Assembly: GCA_038321865.1 (NCBI GenBank) | Contig: JBBQFH010000013.1 | Coordinates: 9,463 to 73,462, forward strand | DNA from: Gemmatimonadales bacterium | GTDB taxonomy: Bacteria > Gemmatimonadota > Gemmatimonadetes > Gemmatimonadales > GWC2-71-9 | Length of the DNA stretch: 64,000 bases | Reading direction: 5' to 3' | Shown: piece after piece, positions 1-9,735 of the stretch | Numbering within the stretch: the first letter of the stretch is position 1 | Layout: the number at the start of each line of letters is the position of its first letter | Notes under the pieces: generated by a model | What the model saw: the letters and a program-made list of their open reading frames with translations, nothing else | Told to the model about the DNA's origin: nothing | Databases searched by the model: none | Made by a program: the position numbers and the translations under genes

Positions 1-673
1 CGAGGATGTTGGCGGCCCACGCCCGGCCCGGCTGGCGGCCCGGCTCCTCGAGGAAGGCGATGAGCGGGTCCACCACCAGGTCGCCGTGGCGGGAAAGGAT
101 GTCGGCGATGCGCGGCGCCAGCCACACTTCGGACGTCCTCAGCGCCTCGATCAGCGGCCCGACGGCGCGGGGGTCGGCGATCCGGGCCAGCGCGCGCAGC
201 GCGATGTCGCGGACATCGGCGTCCTCGGTCCGGGTGGCCTGCACCGTGTCGAGCAGCACCGGCACCGCTTTGGCGCTTCCCACCCGCCCGAGAAGCTCGG
301 CGGCAAAGGCGCGCTCGCGCCACCGCCGGGCGCGCCGCAGCCGTTCGATGTACTTGTCCACCAGGGCGAGCCGGTCGTACGCGTCGAGCAGCCAGGCGGG
401 GCGGTCGGTCGAGCTGCGCGCCTGCTCTTCGAGGACGGCTTCGAGTGCTTCGAGATCGTAGAGCGTCCCGGCGCGGAGGATCGCGGGATTCAGCAGCTCG
501 CGCTCGGATTGTGCCAGGCCGGCGACGAGGTCGCGATACAGCCCCTTCCGCACGGCCAGCCGGCGCTCGAGCCGTGTCAGGTACGCCGTGTAGAAGAACC
601 ATGTGGCGATCGCCACGACACCCAGTGCGACCATCGAGGCCGCCGCCATCAGGATGATCGTGAGCGCGCTCAT
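1..673 (-). CDS. Membrane-anchored HEAT-repeat (PBS lyase-like) protein, partial (runs off the window start)
   Basis: Manual translation of the minus strand from ATG 673: N-terminal TM (MSALTIILMAAASMVALGVVAIATWFFY), then HEAT-like repeats (RERAFAAELLGRVGSAKAVPVLLD; VRDIALRALARIADPRAVGPLIEAL). Starts 7 nt after the stop of the HD-GYP gene. Confidence 0.75.
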   Translation of the reverse strand, partial: MSALTIILMAAASMVALGVVAIATWFFYTAYLTRLERRLAVRKGLYRDLVAGLAQSERELLNPAILRAGTLYDLEALEAVLEEQARSSTDRPAWLLDAYDRLALVDKYIERLRRARRWRERAFAAELLGRVGSAKAVPVLLDTVQATRTEDADVRDIALRALARIADPRAVGPLIEALRTSEVWLAPRIADILSRHGDLVVDPLIAFLEEPGRQPGRAWAANIL

Positions 674-680
674 CGCCGCA

Positions 681-1742
681 TCACCGGCTCTCGTCCACGA
701 AGACGAGCGCGTGCCGCCGGGCGACGACCTTCTGCAGCGCCGCGTGCACCGCCGGGTCGAGCACCGTACCGACCAGGTCCCGCATCCGCTCGACCGCCTC
801 CTGCGGGCGCATCGGCTCCTGGTACGGCCGGGAGGTGGTCAGCGCATCGTAGATCTCGACGGTGCCGATCACCCGCGCGCCGAACGGGATCGCGTTACCG
901 GCCAGGCGGTCGGGGTAGCCGAAGCCGTCCCACCGCTCGTGATGGCTGCGCACGCTGGCGATCGTGTCCGTCAGATGGACCAGCGGGCCGAGGATCTGCG
1001 ATCCCACGACGACGTGCTGCTTGACATGCTCGAACTCCTCGTCGCTCAGCGGGCCGTGCTTGTTGAGGATGTCCTCGCGGATGCCGATCTTGCCGATGTC
1101 GTGCAGCCGGCCCGCGGTGCGCACGCGCTCGATTTCTTCGTCGGTCGCGCCCATCTCCGCCGCCACGGTCGCCGACAGGTCGGCGACGCGGGCGGAATGG
1201 CCGCGAAGGTAGGGGTCCTTCGCCTCCAGCGCGTTCACCAGCGCCTCCAGCGTGGCGACCGAGATGCGCTCCAGGTTGGCCCGCTCGAGCCGCAGCTCGG
1301 CTGACCGCATGGCGACCTCTTCCTTGAGCATGCGGTTGATCTGGCGATCCTCGATCATCGCCGCGCGCTTCTCGAGCGCCCGCGCGATCGCCCGGCCCAG
1401 GACGGCCAGGTCCACCGGCTTGGTGAGATAGTCCATCGCGCCCCGCTGCATGCACAGCGCGGCGCTGGTGGCGTCGTTGTCGGCGGTGAGCATGAGCAGC
1501 GCGGCCGTCGGCTCGACCTCCAGCAACCGGGGCACCAGATCCACGCCGCTGGCATCGGGCAGATGCACGTCGAGCAGGAGGCAGGTGATCTTCTGCCGGC
1601 GGAGCACGGCGAGCGCTTCCTCGCCGGTCGCGGCCGCCGCAACTTCGTACCCCTGGTGGATGAGGAACCGCCCGATCGGGTTGCGGATCGACTCCTCGTC
1701 GTCCACGACGAGAACCGTCACGGGCCCGTCTGGCAGAGTCAC
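681..1742 (-). CDS. Response regulator with HD-GYP c-di-GMP phosphodiesterase domain (RpfG-like)
   Basis: Receiver domain (VLVVDDE, LLLDVHLP, DYLTKP) plus HD-GYP motifs (GHSARV, LHDIGKIG, HHERWDGFGYP). Confidence 0.92.
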   Translation of the reverse strand: MTLPDGPVTVLVVDDEESIRNPIGRFLIHQGYEVAAAATGEEALAVLRRQKITCLLLDVHLPDASGVDLVPRLLEVEPTAALLMLTADNDATSAALCMQRGAMDYLTKPVDLAVLGRAIARALEKRAAMIEDRQINRMLKEEVAMRSAELRLERANLERISVATLEALVNALEAKDPYLRGHSARVADLSATVAAEMGATDEEIERVRTAGRLHDIGKIGIREDILNKHGPLSDEEFEHVKQHVVVGSQILGPLVHLTDTIASVRSHHERWDGFGYPDRLAGNAIPFGARVIGTVEIYDALTTSRPYQEPMRPQEAVERMRDLVGTVLDPAVHAALQKVVARRHALVFVDESR

Positions 1743-1815
1743 TGGAGCTCCGGAGGGCGGAGGAGGGTGCCCGGAAGCTAGGGCCGCGCCCCGCGGCCCG
1801 TCAAGAAAAAACAGC

Positions 1816-2658
1816 TCAGCCGACGAACTGTACCTCGACCCGTTCGGGAATCACGCCGGCCTCGAAGGCCCGATCGAGCAGCGTCTGCACCGCCGCGCGG
1901 CCACGCGGCCCGTAATCCACCGTCCACTCGTTCACGTACATCCCGACGAAGGTGTCGGTGCGCTCGTCACCGATACCGCGGTTGAACTGCTTGGCGTGCG
2001 CCAGTGCGGGCGCCCGATTCTCGAGCCCGTAGACGATGCTGGCGCGGAGGTCGCGCGCGATCTGCTCGATGACGGCGGCACCGAGGTCGCGGCGGACGAC
2101 GTTGCCGCCCAGCGGCAGCGGCAGTCCCGTCTCCTCCAGCCACCACGCGCCGAGATCCTGCCAGAGCTCAAGCCCGTCGTCCGCGTAGGTGAGCTGGCCT
2201 TCGTGGATCAGGAGGCCGACCTCGACATCGCCCCGGTGCACCGCGGCCTCGATCTGGTCGAACGGCACCACCACGATGTCGACGTCGGGCTGGTACAGCC
2301 GGAGCGCGAGATACGCCGTGGTGAGCAGCCCCGGGACGGCGACCCGGCGGCCCTTGAGCGCGGCCCGCGGATCGACCGGGGCGGGGAGCTTCGACACCAG
2401 GCGCGGCCCGTACCCGTCACCCATCGAGCTGCCGGAGGCGAGCAGCGCGTAGTCCTTCGAGATGTAGGCGTACGCATGGATCGACACGGCCGTGACCTCG
2501 AGCTCGGCCCGCCGTGCGCGCTGATTGAGCGACTCGATATCCGACAGCTCGTGCACGTAGCGGAGGTCGCCGGTGTCCACCTTCCCCTCGGCGAGTGCGT
2601 AGAACATGAACGCATCGTCGGAGTCGGGGCTGTGGGCGACGCGGATCGTCCGGGGCAT
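1816..2658 (-). CDS. mqnD: MqnA/MqnD family protein, probable 1,4-dihydroxy-6-naphthoate synthase (futalosine menaquinone pathway)
   Basis: AHSPDSDDAFMFYAL, SSMGDGYGP, LLIHEGQLTY, LPLPLGGN and MYVN motifs. Confidence 0.8.
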   Translation of the reverse strand: MPRTIRVAHSPDSDDAFMFYALAEGKVDTGDLRYVHELSDIESLNQRARRAELEVTAVSIHAYAYISKDYALLASGSSMGDGYGPRLVSKLPAPVDPRAALKGRRVAVPGLLTTAYLALRLYQPDVDIVVVPFDQIEAAVHRGDVEVGLLIHEGQLTYADDGLELWQDLGAWWLEETGLPLPLGGNVVRRDLGAAVIEQIARDLRASIVYGLENRAPALAHAKQFNRGIGDERTDTFVGMYVNEWTVDYGPRGRAAVQTLLDRAFEAGVIPERVEVQFVG

Positions 2659-3495
2659 CTACACCCCCGCCTTCCGCTTGAACTCGTCGATGAGGCTGGA
2701 ATGGTCGGCATATTCGGCGCGCCGGGCCGCGTTCTCGGCGGCGTAGTGCGCCCGGAATCCGGCGTAGGCCGCGCGCAGCGCGGTGCTGTCGCCCTGGAAT
2801 TCGGCGATATCGGCGCGAACGATGTAGGCCAGCAGATAGCCGGGCGTCTTCGCCAGCATCGTGTCGGTCAGGGCCCGCGCCTCGGCCAGCTGGCCCACCT
2901 GTGCGTGCAGCACGGCGGCATGATAGCGCTCGTCGTTGCTGACGCTGTCGAGCTGGGTGTAGGCGCCGAGGGCCATCGGCGTGAAGTTGACCACCGTCGT
3001 CGTGTCGCCGCGCGCCGCGGCGTCCATGATGCGGTTGTCCAGGCGAAGAAAACGCTCGGCCGGGCTCAGCTGGCTGATGTCCGGCGCCTTGCCGGTGGGC
3101 AGTCCGCCGCCCGGATCCCCGCCGCCGCCGCCGGTGCCGGCGGGCGCGGAGTTGCCGGCGTTCGCCATGTCCGGTGCGGCCGCGGCCGGCCGATCGCGAA
3201 CCACCTTATAGACGATCAGCAGCAACAGCAGCGTGACCGCGGCTCCCGCCACCAGCCATGCCGTGCGCTCCGATCGGCGGGCCGGGAGCGGCTGGCGGCC
3301 GGCCCATCCCGCGCCGACAGCGCCGGCGCCCGGCGCCGGCTGGCCGCAGCGGTGACAGAAACGCGCCTGGGGGGAGAGCGACGCCTGGCAGGCCGAACAG
3401 GCCCTTGGCCCGGCCGGGGCACCGCAGGCGCTGCAGAATCGGCCTGCAATGGGAGCGCCGCAGGCGGCGCAGGCGGGGGGTGCAGGCTCGGTCAC
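2659..3495 (-). CDS. Double zinc-ribbon membrane protein with helical/TPR-like C-terminal domain
   Basis: Four CxxC pairs (CAAC, CSAC, CSAC, CHRC), one TM (AWLVAGAAVTLLLLLIVY), helical C-terminus. Confidence 0.7.
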   Translation of the reverse strand: MTEPAPPACAACGAPIAGRFCSACGAPAGPRACSACQASLSPQARFCHRCGQPAPGAGAVGAGWAGRQPLPARRSERTAWLVAGAAVTLLLLLIVYKVVRDRPAAAAPDMANAGNSAPAGTGGGGGDPGGGLPTGKAPDISQLSPAERFLRLDNRIMDAAARGDTTTVVNFTPMALGAYTQLDSVSNDERYHAAVLHAQVGQLAEARALTDTMLAKTPGYLLAYIVRADIAEFQGDSTALRAAYAGFRAHYAAENAARRAEYADHSSLIDEFKRKAGV

Positions 3496-3621
3496 GTGCG
3501 CTCCGGAAGGTGGGGAAGGGACTGGCCAAAATCTAATCGCCCGCCCGGGATTTCTCTCCCGCCACCCCTCCTAGCGCCGGTTCCGGCCCGGTGTTAGCAT
3601 AAGCCAGCCTAGGAGACCTCC

Positions 3622-3927
3622 GTGGCCCATTCCCAGCAGCAGCATTTTGGCCCGCTCGCGACCGCGCTCTCAACTCAGGCAGAGCGCCATCTGGGTGACC
3701 TGGCCCGAAGCGACCGGAGCTGGAGCGTGTATCTCGAAACCCGCCTCGACGCGTCGGCCGGGTCGCGCGGGCGCGCGTGCCTCACCGGCCGCCTCCACTT
3801 CGTGGACGGGATCCGCCGGCTGACCACCGCCTGGATCTTCGTGGCCGACAGCGATCCGGAGATCCTGGCGCGCTTCAACGAGTTCAGCCCCGCCGAGCTG
3901 TGGCGTCTGGCGGAGAGCCTGGCGTAG
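3622..3927 (+). CDS. Hypothetical protein
   Basis: AGGAG SD before GTG; protein-like composition; fills the gap before glnA. Confidence 0.6.
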   Translation: MAHSQQQHFGPLATALSTQAERHLGDLARSDRSWSVYLETRLDASAGSRGRACLTGRLHFVDGIRRLTTAWIFVADSDPEILARFNEFSPAELWRLAESLA

Positions 3928-3949
3928 CGCACGGCAGTTTCTGCAGTGT

Positions 3950-3986
3950 TTGCACGATTCCGGCGGCGAACCTACATTCGCCACCA
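3950..3986 (+). promoter_or_regulatory. Sigma70-type promoter, probably leaderless, for glnA
   Basis: TTGCAC(3950-55)-N17-TACATT(3973-78)-N7-ATG(3986); no SD. Confidence 0.5.
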
Positions 3987-5365
3987 TGCCCTCTCCCCAA
4001 TCGCCCGCGCTCGCTGACTTTCCGTCCAATCTTTCCGGTGCGTCGAAAGCGGACATCCTGAAGCTCGCCGCGGCCTACGGCGTGGATTTTCTGCGGCTCC
4101 AGTTCACCGACATTCTCGGCGTCAACAAGAACGTCGAGGTGCCGCGGAGCCAGTTCGGCAAGGCGCTGGACGGCGAAATAATGTTCGACGGATCGTCGAT
4201 CGAGGGGTTCGTCCGGATCGAGGAATCGGACATGCTCCTCAAGCCGGACCTCGGCACCTTCCGCATCCTTCCGAACGACGATGAAGGCGGCCGGGTCGCC
4301 CGGCTTTTGTGCGACATTCACACACCGGACGACGCGCCCTTTGCCGGCTGCCCGCGGCTCGCCCTCAAGCGCCAGCTCGAGCGCGCGGCCGCCATGGGGT
4401 ATTCCATGATGGCAGGCTGCGAGGCGGAGTTTTTCCTGTTCGAGCGCGGGGCCGACGGCGGCCCCAGCACCGTGACGCATGACGATGCCGCCTATTTCGA
4501 TCTCGGGCCGGTGGACAAGGGTGAAGAGATCCGGCGGGTGATCGTCGAGCAGCTGGTGCTGATGGGCTTCGAGGTCGAGGCGGCCCACCACGAGGTGGCG
4601 CGGGGCCAGCACGAAATCGATTTCCGCTATGCCGACGCGCTGACCACCGCCGACAATCTCGCCACCTTCAAGTTCATCGTCCGCAACGTCGCCAGCCGCT
4701 ACGGCTACATCGCGTCGTTCATGCCCAAGCCGATCCAGGGCATCAACGGCAGCGGCATGCACACGCACCAGTCGCTGTTTCGCGGGCCGAAGGACAACGC
4801 CTTCTTCGATGCGAAGGCCGAGCACCAGCTGTCGGCGGTGGCGCTGAGCTACATCGAGGGCCTCCTGCAGCACGCACGCGGGTTCTGCGCCATCACCAAT
4901 CCGCTGATCAACAGCTACAAGCGGCTGGTCCCCGGCTACGAAGCGCCCGTCAACGTCGCATGGTCGATGCGGAACCGCTCGCCGCTGGTGCGCATTCCCG
5001 ACCGGCGCGGCGCCGGCACGCGCTGCGAGCTCCGCATGCCCGACCCCAGCTGCAACCCCTACCTGGCGCTTGCGGTGCAGCTCGCCGCCGGGCTGGACGG
5101 CGTGGAACACGAGCTCGAGGCCCGCGAGCCGGTGAACCGGAACATTTTCCGGATGACCTACCGGGACCGGCGCAAATACCGGATCGACGAGCTGCCCCGT
5201 GACCTGCACGAGGCGCTGGAGCTGCTGGAGAAGGACGACGTGGTGACGGCCGCGCTCGGCCCCCATCTCACCGAACGGTTTCTCGAGGCCAAGCGGGAAG
5301 AGGTGCTGCAGTACAACCTGCAGGTGAGCCAGTGGGAGATCGACAGCTACCTCGGGCGGTACTGA
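3986..5365 (+). CDS. glnA: Glutamine synthetase type I (GSI-alpha-like)
   Basis: FDGSSIEGFVRIEESDM, EAEFFLF, HHEVARGQHEIDF, FMPKP, NGSGMHTHQSL, SYKRLVPGYEAP, NRSPLVRIP, ELRMPDPSCNPYLA. Confidence 0.96.
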   Translation: MPSPQSPALADFPSNLSGASKADILKLAAAYGVDFLRLQFTDILGVNKNVEVPRSQFGKALDGEIMFDGSSIEGFVRIEESDMLLKPDLGTFRILPNDDEGGRVARLLCDIHTPDDAPFAGCPRLALKRQLERAAAMGYSMMAGCEAEFFLFERGADGGPSTVTHDDAAYFDLGPVDKGEEIRRVIVEQLVLMGFEVEAAHHEVARGQHEIDFRYADALTTADNLATFKFIVRNVASRYGYIASFMPKPIQGINGSGMHTHQSLFRGPKDNAFFDAKAEHQLSAVALSYIEGLLQHARGFCAITNPLINSYKRLVPGYEAPVNVAWSMRNRSPLVRIPDRRGAGTRCELRMPDPSCNPYLALAVQLAAGLDGVEHELEAREPVNRNIFRMTYRDRRKYRIDELPRDLHEALELLEKDDVVTAALGPHLTERFLEAKREEVLQYNLQVSQWEIDSYLGRY

Positions 5366-5368
5366 GGC

Positions 5369-6064
5369 TCACGGCCGGGACCGGAGCACCAGCCGGACCC
5401 GTCCGTAGCTGAGCGGCAGGTCGAGCTGGGCCGGAAGCCGCCGGGCATCGTCGGTCAGCCAGAGATCGCTCCTCGTTCCGGCCGACACGATTCGCACCAG
5501 CAGACAGGGCGCGCTGCTGCCGTCGCCCAGCACCACGCCCTCCCGCTCGGTGACGCTGACCGTGAGCGGATTGTAGCCGTTCTTGAAATAGCCCCGGAGG
5601 CTTCGGGTCTCGCCCACCCGGAGCGGCAGGGTCCGCAGATAGTAGAGCATCGCCAGCTCGTCGAGCGGTGCGGCCGGCGTCACCCAGTCCTGACGCGAGC
5701 CGACCTCGCGATAGCGGAGCGAGTCGCCCACGATCTCGAAGTGATGCTCGTCGGTGCGGCCGGCGAGGGTGACGCGCCGGTCGAAGCGCCGCGACTGGAA
5801 CGGCGCGCCGCCGGCCCGCGACGTCATCGCGTAGTCGGCACGGAGCCCTGGTGCCCCGCCGGTCCCGCTCATGGTGAAGACGAATACCCGTGCTCCCCGC
5901 ACGCTTTCCATCCGGGTGACCGTCGTCGTCGCCGAGCCGGCGGACAGCCGGCCGATGCGGGCGTCGTAACGCAGCGTTTCCCCGACGCTGAAGGGAAGGG
6001 GCGCTGCCTGCCCGCTCGCGAGCAGCATGATCCCGAGGCCGATTCGCGTAAATTGCAGCATCAT
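5369..6064 (-). CDS. DUF3108-like secreted protein
   Basis: Signal peptide, PFSVGETLRY, LDELAMLYYLRTLPL, LWLTDDARRLPAQL; start at 6064 or 6061. Confidence 0.7.
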   Translation of the reverse strand: MMLQFTRIGLGIMLLASGQAAPLPFSVGETLRYDARIGRLSAGSATTTVTRMESVRGARVFVFTMSGTGGAPGLRADYAMTSRAGGAPFQSRRFDRRVTLAGRTDEHHFEIVGDSLRYREVGSRQDWVTPAAPLDELAMLYYLRTLPLRVGETRSLRGYFKNGYNPLTVSVTEREGVVLGDGSSAPCLLVRIVSAGTRSDLWLTDDARRLPAQLDLPLSYGRVRLVLRSRP

Positions 6065-6851
6065 GCCTGCTCCTCTTCCCGCGGCATTCCTGTTTGACCT
6101 GGACGGCACCCTCTACCAGGGTGACGCCGCACTGCCCGGCGCCGTGGGCACGATCGCATCCCTGCGGCGCCGCGGCATCCCCTTCCGGTGCGTGAGCAAC
6201 ACGACGAGCCGCTCCCGTGCGATGCTGGTCGAGCGGCTCGCGCGCTACGGCTTCGACATCGGGGCGGACGAGCTGTTCACCGCCACGCTCGCCGCTGCGG
6301 CGCTCGCCCGCGAGCGCGGGCACCGCCGCATCGCGCCCTTCCTGCCACCCGCGGCGCTCGCCGACCTGACCGGGTTCGACCTGGTCGGCGGCACGTCGGG
6401 CCATGCCCCAGCCCAGCCCGACGCGGTGCTCATCGGCGATCTCGGCGAGGCCTGGTCGTACGCCCACATGCAGGAAGCGTTCGGCTGGCTCCTGGGCGGC
6501 GCGGATTTCCTCGCCTGCTCGCGCGACCGCTACTGGCAGCGCGGCCCGGAGACCGCGCTCGACTGCGGTCCCTTCGTCGTCGGGCTGGAATATGCCATCG
6601 GCCGGGCCGCCGCCGTGGCCGGAAAGCCCAGTGCGGGCTTCTTCCGGGCCGCGCTGGCGACCCTCGGTGACGTGCCGGCCGAGCGGGTCGCGATGATCGG
6701 CGACGATCTCTGGTCGGACGTCGCCGGCGCCCAGGCGGCGGGGCTGCAGGGCTGGCTCGTCCGTACCGGCAAGTTCCGGCCCGAGGCGCTCGCCGCCTCG
6801 GACATCGTGCCCGAGCGCGTCCTCGCCAGCGTCGCCGACGTGACAGCGTGA
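6063..6851 (+). CDS. HAD-superfamily subfamily IIA hydrolase (LHPP/NagD-like)
   Basis: FDLDGTLY, SNTT, GKP, MIGDDLWSDV, VRTGKF motifs. Confidence 0.9.
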   Translation: MPAPLPAAFLFDLDGTLYQGDAALPGAVGTIASLRRRGIPFRCVSNTTSRSRAMLVERLARYGFDIGADELFTATLAAAALARERGHRRIAPFLPPAALADLTGFDLVGGTSGHAPAQPDAVLIGDLGEAWSYAHMQEAFGWLLGGADFLACSRDRYWQRGPETALDCGPFVVGLEYAIGRAAAVAGKPSAGFFRAALATLGDVPAERVAMIGDDLWSDVAGAQAAGLQGWLVRTGKFRPEALAASDIVPERVLASVADVTA

Positions 6852-6875
6852 GCGGATTCCTGTATTCTTTTCGGC

Positions 6876-7292
6876 ATGACCATCCCTGCCGATGAGGCCG
6901 TTCCGCCGCCGCCGCCGCCGCGCCGCCGCCGGTCGCGCGCGCCGTTCATCGTGGCGCTGGTGCTGCTGTCGCCGATCGTCCTGCTGGCGCTCTATACGCT
7001 GATGGCGCTCAACTGGTCCTACTCCGACGGCGATCGCTCGGGCTACCTCCAGAAGTTCTCCCGCAAGGGCTGGATCTGCAAAACCTACGAGGGTGAGCTG
7101 GCGATGTCGTCGGTGCCCGGCGTCGCGCCGACGATCTGGACGTTCAGCGTGCGGGACAAGACCGTGGTGAACGCGATGAACGCGAACCTCGGCCAGAAGG
7201 TCGTGCTCCACTACAACGAGCATCGCGGCATCCCGACGACCTGCTTCGGCACCACCGACTATTACGTGGACAGCGTCCGCGCCGTGAAGTAG
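6876..7292 (+). CDS. Conserved hypothetical single-TM protein
   Basis: TM followed by YSDGDRSGYLQKFSRKGWICKTYEGEL; TATTCT 7 nt before the ATG (leaderless-like). Confidence 0.75.
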   Translation: MTIPADEAVPPPPPPRRRRSRAPFIVALVLLSPIVLLALYTLMALNWSYSDGDRSGYLQKFSRKGWICKTYEGELAMSSVPGVAPTIWTFSVRDKTVVNAMNANLGQKVVLHYNEHRGIPTTCFGTTDYYVDSVRAVK

Positions 7293-7301
7293 CCGTCCGC
7301 C

Positions 7302-9314
7302 TCAGAAGATGTAGCGCACCGAGCCGACCACCGATCTCGGCTGGCCCGGTGCGACGAACGCTCCCGCCTGCAGTTCCGGATACGCCCGGTTCAACAGATT
7401 CCTGAGACCGACCTCGATCTGGGCCCGGCCGGCCTGCACGCCGCCGCTCAGGTGCAGCAGGGCGTAGGCGGGGAGCGTCACGCCCGGCTCGTCGAACGGG
7501 CTGTAGGGGCCCACGACGTTGCTGCCGAGGCGCAGGTGCCAGATCGCGCCCGGCGGCGCCACGTCCAGAGCCGCCGACCCGACGAATTTCGCGGTGTTGT
7601 ACACCCGGACCCCGAACAGCGTGTCACCCTCCTCGGTGAGGAAGCGGCGATACTTCGCATCGTTGAGGGTGGCGTTGAGCGAAAGGCTCACCGCGGAGCC
7701 CAGCCGAGCGCGTACCTCCGCGTCCACGCCCTGGCGGCGGCTCGCGCCGTTGTCGGTGGCCTGCAGCGTGATGGGATCGAACGGCTGCTCGTTGCTCACG
7801 TCCATCCGGAACAGGGCGATGCTCGCATTCACGCGGCGGCCGTCGAACTTGACGCCGCTCTCATAGGCCCAGGCGGTGACGAGCGGCAGTGACGGGTCCT
7901 CGATCACGCCGTTGGCCTGGCGAAATCCCCGCGACACGTTCGCATAAACGTCACCGATGCGCTTCAGGTGGTACAGCGCGCCGAGCTTGGGTGAGACGAT
8001 GGTGGATCCGGCGCCCATCGCCGCGCCTCCGCGCGGGGTGGTCCGGGTATCGAGATGATCGAGGCGGCCACCGAGACTCAGCCGCAGGTGTTGCCCCACG
8101 TCGGCCACGCTCTGCGCGAACAGCGCCCCGGACACCTGCCGCGACACGGCAAGCGTCTGCGCCGAGTCCCGGACACGGACGCTGGTGAACCAGTTCTCAT
8201 AGTCGGCGTGGTCCCAGCGCGCCTCGCCGCCGAAAGTGAGCTGTGCCCGCGGGAGCGACCAGGTGAGCGCGCTGGTCGCGCCGAACCCGTAGCGTCGGTG
8301 CTCCTCCTCCGTCTGGCTGCCGCTTCCTTCGCCCGCCCCGCCCTCGGGCGGCACGGTCAGGAAGAGCTGCCACCGCGCCTGCGTCGCGTAGGCCGTGCTT
8401 CGCCACACGATCGGCGCACCCGACGGCGTGAGGCGCACGCTCACGCGCTCCTGGGCCCGCCGCTTGAACCCGCCATCGCTCGGCTCGGCCACGACGGCAT
8501 AATTCCGGTCGGCGAACTGCTCGCTGGTGAGAAAGCCGGGCGAATCCCAGGTCGCATCGTACAGCTCGACGCCGGCATCCACCGACGCGGCGGGCGAGAG
8601 GTCCCGCACGATGCGCGCATGCGCCTGGCCCAGCGCCGAGCCGCTGTTGGGGCGCCAGCCGTCCTCCCGCATGGCCCTGAGCCCGAAGACGCCCCCGCTC
8701 CCCTGCCGATCGAAACCGGTAAGCAGCGCGCCCTCGGCCCGGCCATACATGCCGCCCGATGCCCAGAGACTGGTGCCGCTGGTTCGCTCCAGGGTGCGGA
8801 TGTTCACCGTCCCCGCCAGCGCGAAGTTGCCGTAGACGGCGCTGGTCGGCCCCTTGAACACGTCGATGCTCCGCACCGCCTGCGGGAACAGCAGGCTCCA
8901 GTCGCTGTACCCCTCGGCGTGGCCGTTGATCGGCTCGTTGATCGGGACGCCGTCGATCCAGAGCGCGACGTCCGTCGAGTGGTCGGAGCTGAAGCCGCGC
9001 AGGGATACGTCGGAGGCGAAGCCGGGCCCCTGACCCTGGTCGTGCACCTCGAGTCCCGCGGTCTGCCGGACGAGGTCATATGGATTGAGTGCCGGCGTGC
9101 GCTGCAGCACCACGGTCGGCACGCTGGTCGTGCTGGACGGGTCTTCGCGGCGGACCGGCGCCGACGTGACCGTCACGGCGGGCAGCTCCACCGGCTGCGA
9201 CAGCGTGTCGCCGTGCTGATGAATGCGGATCGTATCCGGTGTCACGGGCTGCTGGGCCGCGACCACCGACAACGGGGCTACCGCCAGGACGAGCCCGGCG
9301 AACAGACGGTGCAT
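7302..9314 (-). CDS. TonB-dependent receptor (probable metal/cofactor uptake)
   Basis: Signal peptide MHRLFAGLVLAVAPLSVVAA; plug motif LRGFSSDHSTDVALWIDGVPIN...GHAEGY; C-terminal NLLNRAY...PGQPRSVVGSVRYIF. Confidence 0.9.
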   Translation of the reverse strand: MHRLFAGLVLAVAPLSVVAAQQPVTPDTIRIHQHGDTLSQPVELPAVTVTSAPVRREDPSSTTSVPTVVLQRTPALNPYDLVRQTAGLEVHDQGQGPGFASDVSLRGFSSDHSTDVALWIDGVPINEPINGHAEGYSDWSLLFPQAVRSIDVFKGPTSAVYGNFALAGTVNIRTLERTSGTSLWASGGMYGRAEGALLTGFDRQGSGGVFGLRAMREDGWRPNSGSALGQAHARIVRDLSPAASVDAGVELYDATWDSPGFLTSEQFADRNYAVVAEPSDGGFKRRAQERVSVRLTPSGAPIVWRSTAYATQARWQLFLTVPPEGGAGEGSGSQTEEEHRRYGFGATSALTWSLPRAQLTFGGEARWDHADYENWFTSVRVRDSAQTLAVSRQVSGALFAQSVADVGQHLRLSLGGRLDHLDTRTTPRGGAAMGAGSTIVSPKLGALYHLKRIGDVYANVSRGFRQANGVIEDPSLPLVTAWAYESGVKFDGRRVNASIALFRMDVSNEQPFDPITLQATDNGASRRQGVDAEVRARLGSAVSLSLNATLNDAKYRRFLTEEGDTLFGVRVYNTAKFVGSAALDVAPPGAIWHLRLGSNVVGPYSPFDEPGVTLPAYALLHLSGGVQAGRAQIEVGLRNLLNRAYPELQAGAFVAPGQPRSVVGSVRYIF

Positions 9315-9381
9315 GGTGCGCTCTGCGCAGAAGAATGCCGGCGCAAGGCGCGCCCGGCGAGACCGAGTTGAATGCGGGGTA

Positions 9382-9735
9382 CTACGCGCGGAGCGAGGGC
9401 GGACCGAGAGCGGGAGGAAGGTCGTGCGGGCGGACGCTGACGCGAAGTCGCGGCTCGGCTCGCGGAACGATGACCGCGATCGGCTGGACCGCGACCTGTC
9501 GCCAGCCGGCCGCCGTGGCCAGCGGTACGGCGGTGCCGCAGCGGACGAGACAGAGGTCACAGCAGGTTGCGTGGTGCGCCTGATGCGCCGGTCCCGGCCG
9601 GTGCGATGCGTCGGCGTGATGGACCTCGTGCGCCGGGGCCGGTGTTCCGGCCATCGCGAGCGGCACCACGACGGTCGCCAGGAGGATGGCGATCGCGAGC
9701 GCGAGCCGGGCGATGCGTGAGACGCGGCGATGCAT
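9382..9735 (-). CDS. DUF2946/CruR/CutF-like leader protein (His-rich, CCxxC, Pro-rich C-terminus)
   Basis: Signal peptide, His-rich stretch, CCDLC, C-terminal PHDLPPALGPP; ends 67 nt upstream of the TonB receptor start. Confidence 0.65.
   Translation of the reverse strand: MHRRVSRIARLALAIAILLATVVVPLAMAGTPAPAHEVHHADASHRPGPAHQAHHATCCDLCLVRCGTAVPLATAAGWRQVAVQPIAVIVPRAEPRLRVSVRPHDLPPALGPPSLRA

Noticed and set aside
1450..3597. Long alternative-frame ORFs (e.g. 1450-3597 +, 5268-7223 -, 27226-29334 -, 41192-42925 -, 53702-55351 +)
   Set aside because: Antisense or shadow frames of well-supported genes; expected in high-GC DNA; no motifs.
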